A stretch of DNA of 64,000 nucleotides from the human T2T-CHM13v2.0 reference genome, Homo sapiens. How positions within the stretch are numbered: the stretch's first letter is position 1; each line of letters begins with the position of its first letter. The stretch lies in NCBI RefSeq assembly GCF_009914755.1, contig NC_060928.1; one strand, given 5' to 3'. Below the pieces are notes generated by a model, which had not been told where the DNA came from, did not search any database, and saw only the letters and a program-made list of their open reading frames with translations. Both the position numbers and the translations under genes were made by a program. This document shows positions 37,891 to 56,277 of this stretch, piece after piece.

Positions 37891-38303
37891 TATTAAAATA
37901 AATAAGCAGGAGGCCATGGGCCTGAGGCTGTCTTTATACTTTGAATTCCTACATAAGGAACTGCAACCTAACTTACAACATAAATGAACCAAAACGTAAC
38001 TTAGAAACCTAATTTTTGTAACACATAGCCAGGTCTCAGCCAATCTCAAGCAGCCAAAAGCCAGCCATTCATAGGCTGCCGAATGAGAAAACCACATGCA
38101 AACAAGGCAAAAGCCTCGCTGTAACCAAACTACTTCTGCAGTTTTCTTCAGTGTTCTGTCAACAAATACTCACTGCCCACAGTTGCAGAGTGGAGCTCTC
38201 TGAACCTCTTGTGGTTTTGAGTGCTGCCTGATTTATGAAACTTTTGTTGTTGTTGTTCAAATAAACTCTGTTAAATTTAATTTGTTGAAAACTTTTTCTA
38301 ACA
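37891..38303 (+). mobile_element. ERV1 solo LTR (MER57 family)
   Basis: ttaaaataaataagcaggaggcc...ctgtaacca...ctctgaacctc...caaataaactctgttaaatttaatttg. Confidence 0.8.
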
Positions 38304-38407
38304 CACACAAAAAAATGTTTTTTACATTTTTAGTGAGATTATCCCTTGTTCCAATTTAATGTCCTAGTAAGCAAAACTATTTTTTAGAATATTGTTTTTA
38401 GAAAAGA

Positions 38408-39300
38408 TGTGTTAGTTTGAGGTCTCTGAGAAGCAGACATCAAGATGGTATTAGATGTGAATAATGGTCAGCTTCTAAGATGGCCTGTAATAATTCTCTC
38501 TATCCAGCATTTAAGCCTTACATAATTCCTGCCTCTTAAGTGCAGGCTGGTCAAGTGACTTTTTTGTAGCCAGTAGAATATGGAAAGGTACTGGGATTTT
38601 ATTTCTGTGATTAAGCTACAAAATGTTTTGACTTCCAGCTTAAAAGACTCTCCCTTTACAGCTTTTATGAAGCAAACCATCATGGTGACCAATGTGGCAA
38701 AGGACTAAGAGAGGCTTGCAACTAATAGTCAGCAACAGTCTGTGGTCCTCAATAGAATAGCCTATGAGAAACTAAGTCCTACAGATCCTTCTGTATTTAA
38801 GCCTCAGATGACACCCAAGCACTGCCTGACTCCTTGATTACAGCTTTGTGAGAGACCCTGAAGCAGAGGGCCCATTTAAGCCATGCATATCATAACTGTG
38901 TTGTTGTAAGATGCTAAGTTTGGGGATAATTTGTTACACAGTACTAAATAACTAATACAATATGCAAGTAATGTATTGAGGGAAACAGAAAAAGGCAGGA
39001 AGAGCCTGTGATGCACGTCTGACATCTAAAACATGAGAGAGAGAAGAAAGGAAAATTGGGCTGGAGGGGCCTTGGACTCCAGTACAGTCCTCGGAGAAGT
39101 TGCCCATTGGAAGAGTCCCACATCTTGCTGGAATGAGTCTGCCTTTTTACAATTGCCATGCTTAGTCATTGGCTGGGAGCAGTTGAAGGAACCATGGTCC
39201 TGCCATAAATGAAATGATGAATCCACAGGGGAAGCAGCTGGAGCCCCATAGCAGGAGATCTGACTGGTTTATTTCCATGCTACAGAAGAGAAGCAAACCA
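38408..39300 (-). mobile_element. ERVL LTR (LTR16/LTR50-like) split by MLT1E/F
   Basis: tgttagtttgaggtctctgagaagcagac...tgcaagtaatgtattgaggg...cttagtcattggctgggagcag. Confidence 0.55.
38456..38959 (+). mobile_element. MLT1E/F MaLR LTR
   Basis: cttctaagatggcc...ccttgattacagctttgtgagagaccctgaagcagagg...ataactaataca. Confidence 0.8.
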
Positions 39301-39779
39301 ATATCATAATGTTGGCAAGAAAAAAATAGTATCTTTTTAAAAATCATTTTGCTTACAATATTATTGAAAATCATATCTTGCATGATAGCCCGTCCTCAGT
39401 TGTGCTGCCCAGAGTGAGCAGAAAAGCAGTAGGCAAGGCCTAAGGGGGACTTAATGCAGCAGGAATGTGAGTTCTATCACCACTTATCTGCATCGCCTCA
39501 CTGACATCACATCTGTTGGATTGACAGGCTCTATCGTTCTGCTTATAAATCTCTTGCTTTAATGAATATGGAATCTAATCTGATTTCTTTCTCATTCAAA
39601 GGCATCTTTTTCAAGAGAAAAAAAATTCTTTGAGGACAAGAAAGAGTTGAAATAAAATGATAGAGAAAAACCCTTAACTAGAGGAATAATGAAAAAAAAA
39701 AGGGAGACAGGGAGAAATATCAGCATGTCTTTTATACATTTGAACAGTTATTGAGCATATTTCAACAAGTACAAGACTG

Positions 39780-41400
39780 TCTTTTATTTTACAAAAAGAC
39801 AGAAATAAATCATGCATGAGAGGAACCTGAACATGACTATCAACAACTTTTCAATGAATTTGGAAGAGCTTACATTTGTTAACAAGAATTTTAAAACTTT
39901 TAACTAATCCAGTTCAAAATCAAATAAAATTTTAGACTCAACTGTGCCAGGCTGTATTAGAAGAATGTTGAAGAAAAAGCAAGGAGTTGCAAGGTAGAAG
40001 GATTGGAGTAGATTAATTATATGAGACCATAAAACCTTCCCATGAGGGACTAAAGGACACTCCCTTTATTGAGGTGAAAAGGAATATATTCAGCATCATT
40101 TAGAAGCTCAGGGAGGCTATTTTCTGTGGGCCAGAAATGATGGCAGGAGGTTCTTTAACAGAAACAAACTTCCTAGTGTCAATATGGATTATATGACTTC
40201 AGAATGGCAAAGGTCAAATGACAGAATTTAATAATTAGAGGCAATGTAGATATAATTACTGTAATCACCAGCGACAACTGGGAGCCCTAGACCTATGAAA
40301 ATCTACGTCAACAGCTAATAAGTCATTCTGTTCCTGGAAGCAAGAGAGACAGAAAGCCAATGAGAGTGTTGCTCAATTTATATAACAATTAAAGAGATCA
40401 GGTGTGCAGAAGTTCAGTGTCTATGTCTTATTAGAAAATCATGATTCCTTACCCAACTCCTGTTCTAAGCTAGTTTTCAGAACTTCCAAATCAACTGCCA
40501 AAACAGGAATATATAATATACATTAGATTATGCCCCAGAGGGACCTATAGCTATTTTCCAAGTAACTACACAGGAGAAAAGGAATACCCAGATCCTCTGA
40601 GAGTAATTGAATATAGTATCAGAGCTAACACTGATACTAGGAAACACAAAATGCCATAATAGCCCCTCTGTTGGACTGAGAGTCTAATTGCTTCAAAGAG
40701 GCCGTGGATCCACTCTTAAGGATTCCCCAGTCTCTACATACATAATCAGAATTAGTTACTAACATATCCATTCTGATTATGTCACATTAGTTTTCTGATC
40801 TGCGAAGTAACAATCATCAGGATGGTTAAGAGTCAAGTGAAGCCCTTGATAATATCCCTGATCACCAACAAAGTAAACCAAAAACCATACAAAATCCTGT
40901 TTGGAATTGCAGATATTCTCTACTCTCGGAGTCACAAAATGCAAGGATGTTTCTCCCTGTCATGTCCTCGTTCAGATAACCACTGCTGCCCTTCCAAAAA
41001 CAGAGGAGGTGGGGAAGATAAATCATCATAGACCTTTGGAGAATGAAAGACAAGGATGTCTGCGGAAGAGGCATGTGAACATACCTATGGAAGTGGAGAC
41101 AAACTGTGCAGATCTTTGCCTCACATTCTTGCCCACCAGGAAACATCTACTGGAGAGGAGATTTTGAAGGTCTTGATGCACAAGCTAACTCATTCAGTGG
41201 AGGTAAACCAGCTTATGTTCTTAGCCACCGCAGTGCTAACACAATGGGTGCATAAACAGAATGACCAGGATATGAAGGATGGAGGCAATTCATGGCTCTA
41301 TCATCTTGGGACCAGCTGCAGCAGTGGGGACTGTGGCTTATTCCACTAATATTCCCATTGAAAGGGTGTTTCGGGGTGAGGGGGTCTTTTGGTTTTCCAT
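39780..41400 (+). mobile_element. degraded ERVL internal sequence (HERV16/ERV3-16A3-like gag/pol relic)
   Basis: gagggactaaaggacactccc...cagcatcatttagaagctcag...ctaacactgatac...gccaccgcagtgctaacacaatggg. Confidence 0.6.
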
Positions 41401-41509
41401 TTCTTTTATTTTTAAGAAATTGTGGCTAGCCACCACCCTGAAGCATCAATAACAGAGAGGAAAATAACATATGAGGCATAAGTGTATCTGGGTAATGTAA
41501 TGGGTGCTC

Positions 41510-42037
41510 TGTAGCAGTCATGATTCATTCTCTAATCCATTTCTTCATAACGAAGGCAATCACAGACAATTTCCAGCATGCTAATAGTTTCCTTCTTAAG
41601 TGCCTGTTTTTCTTTTCTTCTCTGCCTAAGGGCTTTCTCTGGTACCTTGGAAGCTTACTCAGTTATAAGCAGGTACAACCTGCTTGCAGGGTGTTGTTCC
41701 CTTTCATGTATGGGAGCAACATCTCTGAAAGCAGGTTGTACCTTAGAAGTATGGGAGAATTCTCAATCAGTAAAGAATGAATGCTGATAGCTAAATGCTC
41801 CAAAATCCTCATAACTTGGTGAGATGATTCTGAGATGTGTTCTACATGGTTTCTTTGTGGAACAGTACTGAGCTACAATTGCTTACCACAACTGCCTCCC
41901 ATTGATGCATCCTTTATTAACTTTTCTCATTTCCTTATCTTATTTCCTGTCATGCTTCCTGGGACCATTTCCAAAATAGACAATCTGTTCCCAAATCCTT
42001 TTCTCAGATCTGTCTTTGAAAGAATACAAGCTAAGAA
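41510..42037 (+). mobile_element. LTR16-like ERVL LTR (probable 3' LTR of the adjacent relic)
   Basis: tgtagcag start; cttcctgggaccat...aaatccttttctcagatctgtcttt...gctaaga end. Confidence 0.65.
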
Positions 42038-42049
42038 AATATTGATGGC

Positions 42050-43660
42050 CTAAAACAATAATAATAATGCCTTGTGTAGGTTAAAATGTAATGAGAAACA
42101 AAATACACAACAACAATAGCATAAACTTTGGTGGACTGACAAATGAAATGTTCTATGATGTTTACATTGTCTAATAAAGGGTAAAATGGGTAAAATTATC
42201 AACTAATATTAGACTTTAATGAATTAAATCTGTATGTTTTAATCACTAAAATTACAAGTATAATTGAATGAGAATATGTACATCTTCCAAACTAAGATAT
42301 TACAAAATACTATCCAATAAGGTCAACAAAGAAACAAAAGAAATATAGAACAGGCAAGAAAAAAACGTAAATTGTTAGATTTATGCCTAAACATAGCAAT
42401 AATTACATTAAGCAGAAATGGCCTAATGCACCAATTTAAAGGCAGAGACAGTCAGACTATAAAGAAAAATACATCTATATGCTCATTACAAAACACACTG
42501 TCTGATTCTCCAGAAGATAGAGCTGAAGCCAAAAATTATTTGCAGATCCAGGGAGCAAAAGTGAAAGACAAAGGAAGTGATGTAGAGAAGGAGAAACATA
42601 ATAAAGCACCTAGAATAAACATATAACCTCATGATCTCAGGGAATAGAAAGATTAGTAATTTTTAAAAAGTACTAATTACAAAAGTAAAAATTGATAAAC
42701 TGGCCTACATTAACATTAAAAGTAAGAACATTTGTTTATTAAAATACAACCCTAAGGAATAAAAAAGCAAACCACAGGGAAAGAAAAGATTTTTTAACAT
42801 ATATAATCATCAAAAGGCTTATAATATATAAGGCACTCCTTAAAATCAATGAGAAAATGGCAAAGAAAGACAACCCAATAGAAAAATTGGCAAGAGAACT
42901 GAACAGATACTTTAGAAAAGAAGATATCCAAATGGTCAATAAACACGTGAGCAGATGCACAACCTCATTGTAATCAAGAAAATGAAAAACAAAAAGGAGA
43001 AAGAATTATTAGTGCATAGCCTCCACATGGCTAAAATTTAGATGATTGACAATTTGAAGTTTTGGTAAGCAGGCAGATCAACAGGAACTCCTTTATGCTG
43101 CTCTTAGGAGTATGAATTGTTTCAGTCTTCTTGAAATATAATTTATTATCTATTACAGTTGAAAATGTTTATTCTTCATAACCCTATTTCATTCCTCCCT
43201 AACAGTAATGGATGCATATGTGATCCAAAAGACATATACAAGAATCATAGCAGCATTATATCCATCAACTTTAGAATGAACAGATAAATTATGGTGTGTT
43301 CATAAATTAAATACTGTGGTAATGAAATGAACAGCTTAAAACAATACTCAACAATGTAATCTTAAAAATATAAAAAAGGGAAAATTAGCTATATTGTTTA
43401 AAGATCCACTATTAGATAACAGTATATAAAGAAAATCAAAGAGATAACTCCCATAAAAGTAAGAATAATAGTTTGTTTTGCAGAAGACACAGAGTAGTTA
43501 TTGGGTGGAGGGAACACTTCTGAAGTGTTAATATTCCACTTCTCATCTGAATAGATGGTTACAGAACATTATGCTTTGTGTTAATTGAGCTAATTTATTT
43601 ATGTTTTATATACCTGTCTACATATGTGTTATATTTCATGAAAAAATAATTTTTAAGGGA
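42050..43660 (+). mobile_element. ancient L1M (L1MC/ME) fragments
   Basis: aacccaatagaaaaattggcaagagaactgaacagatactt...gaagatatccaaatggtc. Confidence 0.75.
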
Positions 43661-44620
43661 AGTAGCTGTGCAGGACAACTCAGAACAAATCATTCTTGAG
43701 AGAATTAAAGGATCTCTTCACTTTCATCAATGACATTGAGTTTATATTCTTGGGCTCATTCTCTGGTAATAAGTCACAAATGCATCCGTCATTTGTTTAG
43801 ACTGAAAAATCTCTTTGCCGCTGTGTGATGAAATTGGATGTACAAATTATATTTAAGTCACCCTCCCTGACCTTTTAGTGCATGGGTCATCACCATACCA
43901 CTAAATCCTGCCTGATAAACACTTCAATTTTCTTTATCATTATTGCTAAATTTCCATCAGTATCTGCCTAGGAAGGCAATACTTCTTAAACAGTCCAATT
44001 ATTGCTTTTGTAATGTCATAAGATGTTTTGAAGCTTCTTTTCAATAGTCTCTCATGACATAATAGCTGTTTTATTCACTCTCATGCTCATGAAACTCTCC
44101 TTATACTATTTTCTTAGAGGTTATGCTATCCAGTGGCTCCAAATTTAATTGCTCTTTTTTTCATATTTAATCTCTCTGCTTGAGGTAATACGTTTTTCAT
44201 CTCTAGTTTTCGGAGCACAAATCAAATTTTGCTTCTCTTGTGCTTAAACTTCAATAGTTTCTCTGCAGAACAAAGAACAAACTTCTTCAGCTTGTGTTCT
44301 AGGGCCTCCAAAATCCAGCTTCAACCTTTCTCCCCAATCTCATTTGCCATGAAAACTATATCTCATAAATCCACCCTCCCTAGAAAAAGAGATGCATGCA
44401 TGCACGCACACACACACACACACAACACACACGCACATACACACTATTCCTCCTGTACACACTTCACATACTTTCCACAGACTTGTGTTCAAACTGTTCA
44501 TTTTGTCTATATTTAACAAAAATGTCACCAAAAATGGAAATTAAGTCAAATATCATTTATAAAGCTCAATGCAAAAATAATAAATGTAATATTAGCCAAT
44601 TTAAAAAATAATGCATTCTG

Positions 44621-44852
<232 letters not shown>

Positions 44853-44962
44853 AATAATACATTCTGAAAAAGTTAGTTTAGTTTTAATCCAAGAAAGTAG
44901 GGAACATTCATTGGAAAATTTATTCATGTAATTCACAACTACAATAAAAGGGAATGTTTCTT

Positions 44963-45896
44963 TTTTTTTTTATACTTTAAGTTTTAGGGTACATGTGCAC
45001 AACGTGCAGGTTTGTTATATATGTATACATGTGCCATGTTGGTGTGCTGCACCCATTAACTCGTCATTTACATTAGGTATATCTCCTAACGCTATCCCTC
45101 CCCACTCCCCCCACCCCACAACAGGCCCTGGTGTGTGATGTTCCCCTTCCTGTGTTCATGTGTTCTCATTGTTCAATTCCCACATATGAGTGAGAACATG
45201 TGGTGTTTGGTTTTTTGTCTTTGAGATAGTTTGCTGAGAATGATGGTTTCCAGCTTCATCCATGTCCCTGCAAAGGACATGAACTCATCATTTTTTATGG
45301 CTGCATAGTATTCCATGGTGTATATGTGCCACATTTTCTTAATCCAGTCTATCATTGATGGACATTTGGCTTGGTTCCAAGTCTTTGCTATAGTGAATAG
45401 TGCCACAATAAACATACGTGTGCATGTGTCTTTATAGCAGCATGTTTTATAATCCTTTGGGTATATACCCAGTAATGGGATGGCTGGGTCAAATGGTATT
45501 TCTAGTTCTAGATCCCTAAGGAATCACCACACTGACTTCCACAATGGTTGAACTAGTTTACAGTCCCACCAACAGTGTAAAAGTATTCCTATTTCTCCAC
45601 ATCCTCTCCAGCACCTGTTGTTTCCTGACTTTTTAATGATCGCCATTCTAACTGGTGTGAGATGGTATCTCATTGTGGTTTTCATTTGCATTTCTCTGAT
45701 GGCCAGTGATGATGAGCATTTTTTCATGTGTATAAATGTCTTCTTTTGAGAAGTGTCTGTTTATATCCTTTGCCCACTTGTTGATGGGGTTGTTTTTTTT
45801 TTCTTGTAAATTTGTTTGAGTTCTTCGTGGATTCTGGATATTAGCCCTTTGTCAGATGAGTAGATTGCAAAAATTTTCCCCCATTCTGTAGGTTGC
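44963..45896 (-). mobile_element. 5'-truncated L1PA (L1PA4-5-like) 3' end
   Basis: tatactttaagttttagggtacatgtgcacaacgtg; ORF2 C-terminus [24 protein letters not shown]. Confidence 0.95.
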
Positions 45897-46149
45897 AATT
45901 GTCTGCATTGCTGAAATAGTTTTGTATCCACTTTAAATATTTCAAATCTCATGTTGACCTCAGCTTCTTCACTGGGGCATTAAGGGAACATTTCTTAACT
46001 TGGTAAAGGATATTTATCAACAATCTATAATGAACATCTTAATAAAGACAAAAATAAACCAAGAATGTCCACAATACAACCAATATTTAAGTCTCTATTG
46101 ACCACATTACTAATGGAATAAAACAAGAAAAAAAAAATAAAGTTGGAAA

Positions 46150-47142
<993 letters not shown>

Positions 47143-47509
47143 GAAATGGGAGAAATAGAAAGACAAAGCTGTCATTATTCATAGATATTTTTCCTATCAA
47201 AGATGAGTCAACTGAAAAATTAGAACTAGCAAAGCAGTAAGATCACTGAATAGAAAAATCAACATATAAATATCAATCACTTTCTATAAACCAATTTTAA
47301 AATGTAATTTTCAAAAGTATATTCACAATGGCAACCAAAATATTCAAAATATCTAAGGAAAACTAAAAGAAATGTGTAATACTTGTGCGGGGGAAAAAAG
47401 TAACATTTTACGGAAGTCTGTAACGGGTTTTTAAAAGGAGTTGAAGATATGATACATTATGCTTCTGGAGAAACTCAATTTCTTGATAACAACTAAAAAA
47501 AAAAAAAAA

Positions 47510-50095
<2,586 letters not shown>

Positions 50096-50800
50096 TTTTT
50101 GTTATTTTTGTGTGTGTGTCCAAAATGGTTGACTAGAGATGTTGAACAGCATTTGCCCTCAGGAGGAAGTACCAAAGCTATAGGTGAGTAATCATAACTT
50201 GAATAAGATATCAAAAGAAGAGTGCCAGAGCCTCTCAGAGAACTCATGGGAAGAAGCTAGGGCACAGGAAAAAAAAAAAGAAGAAGAAAGTTTGACACAA
50301 ATCAAACCTTGAAGGACTTGGAGTTCCATGAAAAGGGTAAATGGAGATATTTTTTGGCTCCCCTCCCTCTAAGGCAGACTGCTGGTTTCGGAACTGTTAG
50401 AGGGCTCCGCTGCTCTCTGGAGCCAAAGCACTGGTGTGAGTGGTGATTTGAGAACTTGTTTAATGGCATTGCACTGGCTGCTATCAAGAAGCTCACTCAG
50501 GGCCACTCATCCTATCCACTCACCCGAGCTGAGGTGGTGGGCATCATACTGGGTGTGCACCCATTGTGGGCCTCATCCTGCCCAGGGAATCTCAGCCTTA
50601 GTGTCTTATCACCAGATCGCCTGCATCACTGGATCCCTGCAAACATTCTCTAGTACCACTTGGACACTGGCAACCACAAAGGACTGGCAGGACACAGGGA
50701 TTCCTGGTGGGCTGGCCAGTGAGCAGTGCTACTCCTCAGGGGAGGCAGGGTGAAGCACACCAAGGAAGCACCTCTTGCGACAAAGAAAATCAGAGCACAT

Positions 50801-51107
<307 letters not shown>

Positions 51108-52812
51108 AAAGAAAATCAGAGCCCACAGTCTCCTGTTCTCTAGAGCTCTCCATTTGTGAGCTGAAGGCAACAGTGCCAGGAAGATGCAGGTACTGTGCTG
51201 GCTCTGTGGAGGAGGAGTGTGGTTTGACCCCCATGAATAGGTCAACTCAATGCTTGGACATAGAGCTGAGAGGAGGACATCTTCTCTCCCCACCCCACAT
51301 ACTGCTGTGGATACAGCTATGGATGCTCCTGCAGGTGAATGGTGCAGGCGTACCTGTAGACCCATGAGGCCTTGTCTTGCACAAAAGGTGGGATCCCTTC
51401 CCTTCTCTACAATGAGTGGCAGCATTCCTGCAGCAGAGAAAAAGTGAGCCACAAAGCTGTCTGTTTTGGGTTGTGGAAAGAGGTTCCCTCTAAATCCATT
51501 TCAGTAAAGAGCCATAGGACAGGAGTTTTTTTATTGCTTTAAGCTACATTGTGGCCTGGAGATAGATAAGAGTGTCTATCTGAACTGAGAGTCAAGAGCT
51601 TCAGAAGAGGGATGTGATCCGGAGGTGGATCAAATTTCTGCCTGCTTAGGACATGGGGTTGGTGCAGCCCCCTCCCCCTCTAAAGACACCTTGGCACATT
51701 TCACTAGGAGTTCCCCCACCTGTTATCCCCCTTCCCCATCAGGGTTGGTGCTTGTGCTCATCATTGGGTATTCAAGGGTGAACCTGATGGTCCAGCTCTG
51801 CCTACCTTTGTCCCCCATTTTTGCCCTCAGCATGGAACTCAGGGCCAAGCATTCCACAGACCAGCCCATCACCTGAGGCAACAGAGAGCTCCTCCCAGTA
51901 AACAAAGACCAAAGACCAAAGACATACCCATCTGCTTCTGCCTCTTACCTGTAAGCCACACCTATTGTCCTGAAGGTTGAACTGCACAATGCAATACAAA
52001 ATCAACTGACAGAAGTGCTAAGCACTGGTGAATAAGATAAGTTTACTGAAACCTTCACAATCGCAGTCCTGCTCCCAGTCCCGCAGCAGGTAGTAAGATT
52101 ACTCATATGCCAAGTACATTGCCACTATAACCGGCATTTAAGAAAGTCACTACACAAAGGCTATCTGTAATCAAGGAACCCATACAGACCTTTGTCCCCT
52201 TAAAAGCACCCAGAGTCAAAGCCAATTGACCATACACAACATACATTACAGTTATATCCTCAAGCGGGGGAAATGTCCCATCCAAACAGGAGTAAATTAA
52301 AAAATAAGTGACAGCTTCTCTAGCCAGGAAGGCAAACTAACTAGAATTGTTTCATACTAACAATTCTAGCAGTATGAAAAAAAAAAAAAACAGGATATTA
52401 TGACAACTCAAAGGTTCACACTAGGTCTCTATCAATAGATCTTAATCAAAATGAAAATTCTGAAATGCCAGATAAAAAATTCAAAATATAGACATAAGGA
52501 AGCTCCATGGGATCCAAGAGAAAGTTAGAAACCAATGCAAATAAATAAGAAAAATTATTTAGGGTATGAGTGAAAAACTTACCAAAGATATATATATGAA
52601 AAAAAAAGAACTTCTGGAAATAAAAAATTCACTGAGGGAAATATAAAATATAGTTGAAATCTAAAAATAGACCACAGAATACAGAAAAAGCAGTTCAGAG
52701 CTAGAAGACAGGTCTTTCTAATTAACCTGGTCAGAAAAAAATAAATAAAAAAGAATTTTAAGAAATGAAAAAAGCCTTCAAAAAATAAAGGTTTATATAA
52801 AATGTCAAAACC

Positions 52813-54780
52813 TATTCTCTTTGTAGCAATTGTGAATGAAAGTTCACTCATGATTTGGCTCTGTTTGTCTGTTATTGGTGTATGGGAATGCTTGTGATTT
52901 TTAAACATTGATTTTGTCTTTGTTTGCAGATGACATGATTGTATATTTAGAACGTCCCTTAGTCTCAGCCCAAAATATCCTTAAGCTGATAAGCAACCTC
53001 AGCAAAGTCTCAGGATACAAAATCAATGTGCAAATATCACAAGCATTCCTATACAAGGGATGTGAAGGACCTCTTCAAGGAGAACTACAAAACACTGCTC
53101 AAGGAAATAAAAGATGACACAAATAAATGCAAAAACATCCCATACTCATGGATAGGAAGAATCAATATCATGAAAATGGCCATACTGCGCAAAGTAATTT
53201 ATAGATTCAATGCTATCCCCATCAAGCTACCACTGACTTTCTTTGCAGAATTGGAAAAAACTACTTTAAACTTCATATGGAACCAAAAAAGAGCTCACAT
53301 AGCCAAGACAATCCTAAGCAAAAAGAACAAAGCTGGAGGCATCATGCTACCTGACTTCAAACTATACTACAAGGCTACAGTAACGAAAACAGCATGGTAC
53401 TGGTACCAAAACAGTGTTATAGACCAATGGAACAGAACAGAGGCCTCAGAAGTAGCACCATACATCTTCAACCATCTGATCTTTGACAAACCTGACAAAA
53501 ACAAGCAATGGGGAAAGGATTCCCTATTTAATAAATGGTATTGGGAAACTGCCTTGCTATATGCAGAAAACTGAAACTGGACCCCTTCCTTACACCTTAT
53601 ACAAAAATTAACACAAGATGGATTAAAGACTTAAACATAAGACCTAAAACCATAAAAATCCTAGAAGAAAACCTAGGCAATATCATTGAGGACATAGGCC
53701 TGGGCAAAGACTTTATGCCAAAAGCAATGGCAACAAAAGCAAAAATTGAAAAAAGGGATCTAATTAAACTAAAGACCTGCACAGCAAAAGAAACTATCAT
53801 GAACAGGCAACCTACAGAATGAGAGAAAATTTTTGCAATCTATCTATCTGACAAAGGGCTAATATCCAGAATCTACAAAGAACTTAAACAAATTTACAAG
53901 AAAAAAACAAACAACACCATCGAAAAAAAAAGTAGGCAAAGAATATGAACAGACACTTCTCAAAAGACGACACTTATGTGGCCAACAAACATATGCAAAA
54001 AAGCTCATCATCACTTGTCATTAGAGAAATGCAAATCAAAACCACAATGAGATACCATCTCACGCCAGTTAGAATGGCAATCATTAAAAAGTCAGGAAAC
54101 AACAGGTGCTGGAGAGGATGTGGAGAAATAGGAATACATTTACACTGCTGGTGGGTAAATTAGTTCAACCATTGTGGAGGACAGTGTGGCAATTCCTCAA
54201 GGATCTAGAACTAGAAATACCATTTGACCCAGCAATCCTATTACTGGGTATATACCCAAAGGATTATAAATCATTCTACTATAAAGACACATGCACATGT
54301 ATGTTTATTGCAGCACTATTCACAATAGCAAAGACTTGGAACCAACCCAAATGTCCATCAATGATAGACTAGATAAAGAAAATGTGGCACATATACAACA
54401 TGGAATACTATGCAGCCATAAAAAGGATGAGCTCACGTCCTTTGCAGGGACATGGATGAAGCTGGAAACCATCATTCTCAGCAAACTAACACAAGAACAG
54501 AAAACCAAACACCACATGTTCTCACTCATAAGTGGGAGTTGAACAATGAGAACACATGGACACAGGAAGGGGCACATCACACAACAGGGCCTGTCCAGGG
54601 GGTCAGGGGCTAGGAAAGGGATGGCATTAGGAGAAATACCTAATGTAGGTGATGGGTTGATGGGTGCAGCAAACCACCATGGCACATGTATATCTATGTA
54701 ACAAAACTGCAGGTTCTGCACATGTACCCCAGAACTTAAAGTATAAAAAAATTTTAATTTAATTTAATTTTAAAAAAGAA
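52813..54780 (+). mobile_element. L1PA7/8-like insertion with inverted 5' piece (52813-52917)
   Basis: ORF2 fragments 52908-54542; 3'UTR gggatggcattaggagaaatacctaatgtagg; reverse-strand ORF2 DNA at the 5' junction. Confidence 0.92.
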
Positions 54781-55084
54781 AAGAGATAGACAGTAATACA
54801 ATAAAGAAGAGGCTTTAACACCACAATGATAGCACTAAACAGATTATCAAGGCAGAAAAGTCAACAAAGAAACATTAGATGTAAATGGGACTCTAAATCA
54901 AATAGACTTAGTGGAGTGGGCATTTACAGAACATTCTATCCAATGACACAATATACATTCTTCTCATCTGCACACGAAACATTTTCTAAACTAGATCATA
55001 TGGTCAGGCCACAAAAGTCTCAATGAATTTTTAAAAATCAAAATCATATTAAGTATTTTCTAAAATCACAGTGAAATACAACTA

Positions 55085-55398
<314 letters not shown>

Positions 55399-56242
55399 TC
55401 AATATCAACATGAACTCTTAAAACTATACAAATACATGGACATTAAACAACCTGCTTCCTGAATGATCTCTGGGTCAATAACAAAATTAAGATGGAAGTC
55501 AAAAAATTTTTGAGGTGAATGAAAATGGAGAAACAACATAAAAAAACCTCTGAGATACAGCAAAATCAGTGCTAAGAGGGCAGTTTATAGCAATAAATAT
55601 CTATATCACAAAGATACAATGATCATAAATTTACCTAACATCATACCTCAAGGAACCAGAAAAACAAGAACAAACCAAATTCAAAGCTAGCTAGAGAAGG
55701 AATAACAAAAATCAGAGTATAACTAAAGGAAATAGAGGCAAAAAAATAATAAAACGGACCAAGGAAATAAAACCTTGGTTCTTTGAAACGATCAACAAAA
55801 TTGATAGACTACTAGCTTGATTAACCAAAAGAAAAGAAAAGATATTCAAATAGGCACAGTCAGAAATGAAAAAGGAGAGATTACAACTGATACCATAGAA
55901 ATCCAGATTATCCATGACTACTATGAACATCCCTACATGCACAAACTAGAAAACCTATATGAAACAGGTACATTCCTAGAAACATACAACCTCAAAAGAG
56001 TAAACCAGAAAGAAATAGAAACCCTGAACAGATTAATAATGAGTAGTGAGTTTGAAACAGTAATAAAAAATCTCCCAGTTAAAAAAAAAAAGCACAGAAG
56101 CAGACAGATTCACAGCCAAATTCTACCATCCATACAAAAAATTAGTACCAATCCTCCTGAAACCATTTAAAAATTTTGAGGAAGAAGGGTTTCTCCCTAT
56201 TCTATAAGGCCAGTATCACCCTGACACCAAAGCCAGGCACAA

Positions 56243-56277
56243 ACACACACACACACACACACACACATGCACACACA
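56243..56277. repeat. (CA)n microsatellite in L1 ORF2
   Basis: direct. Confidence 0.9.
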
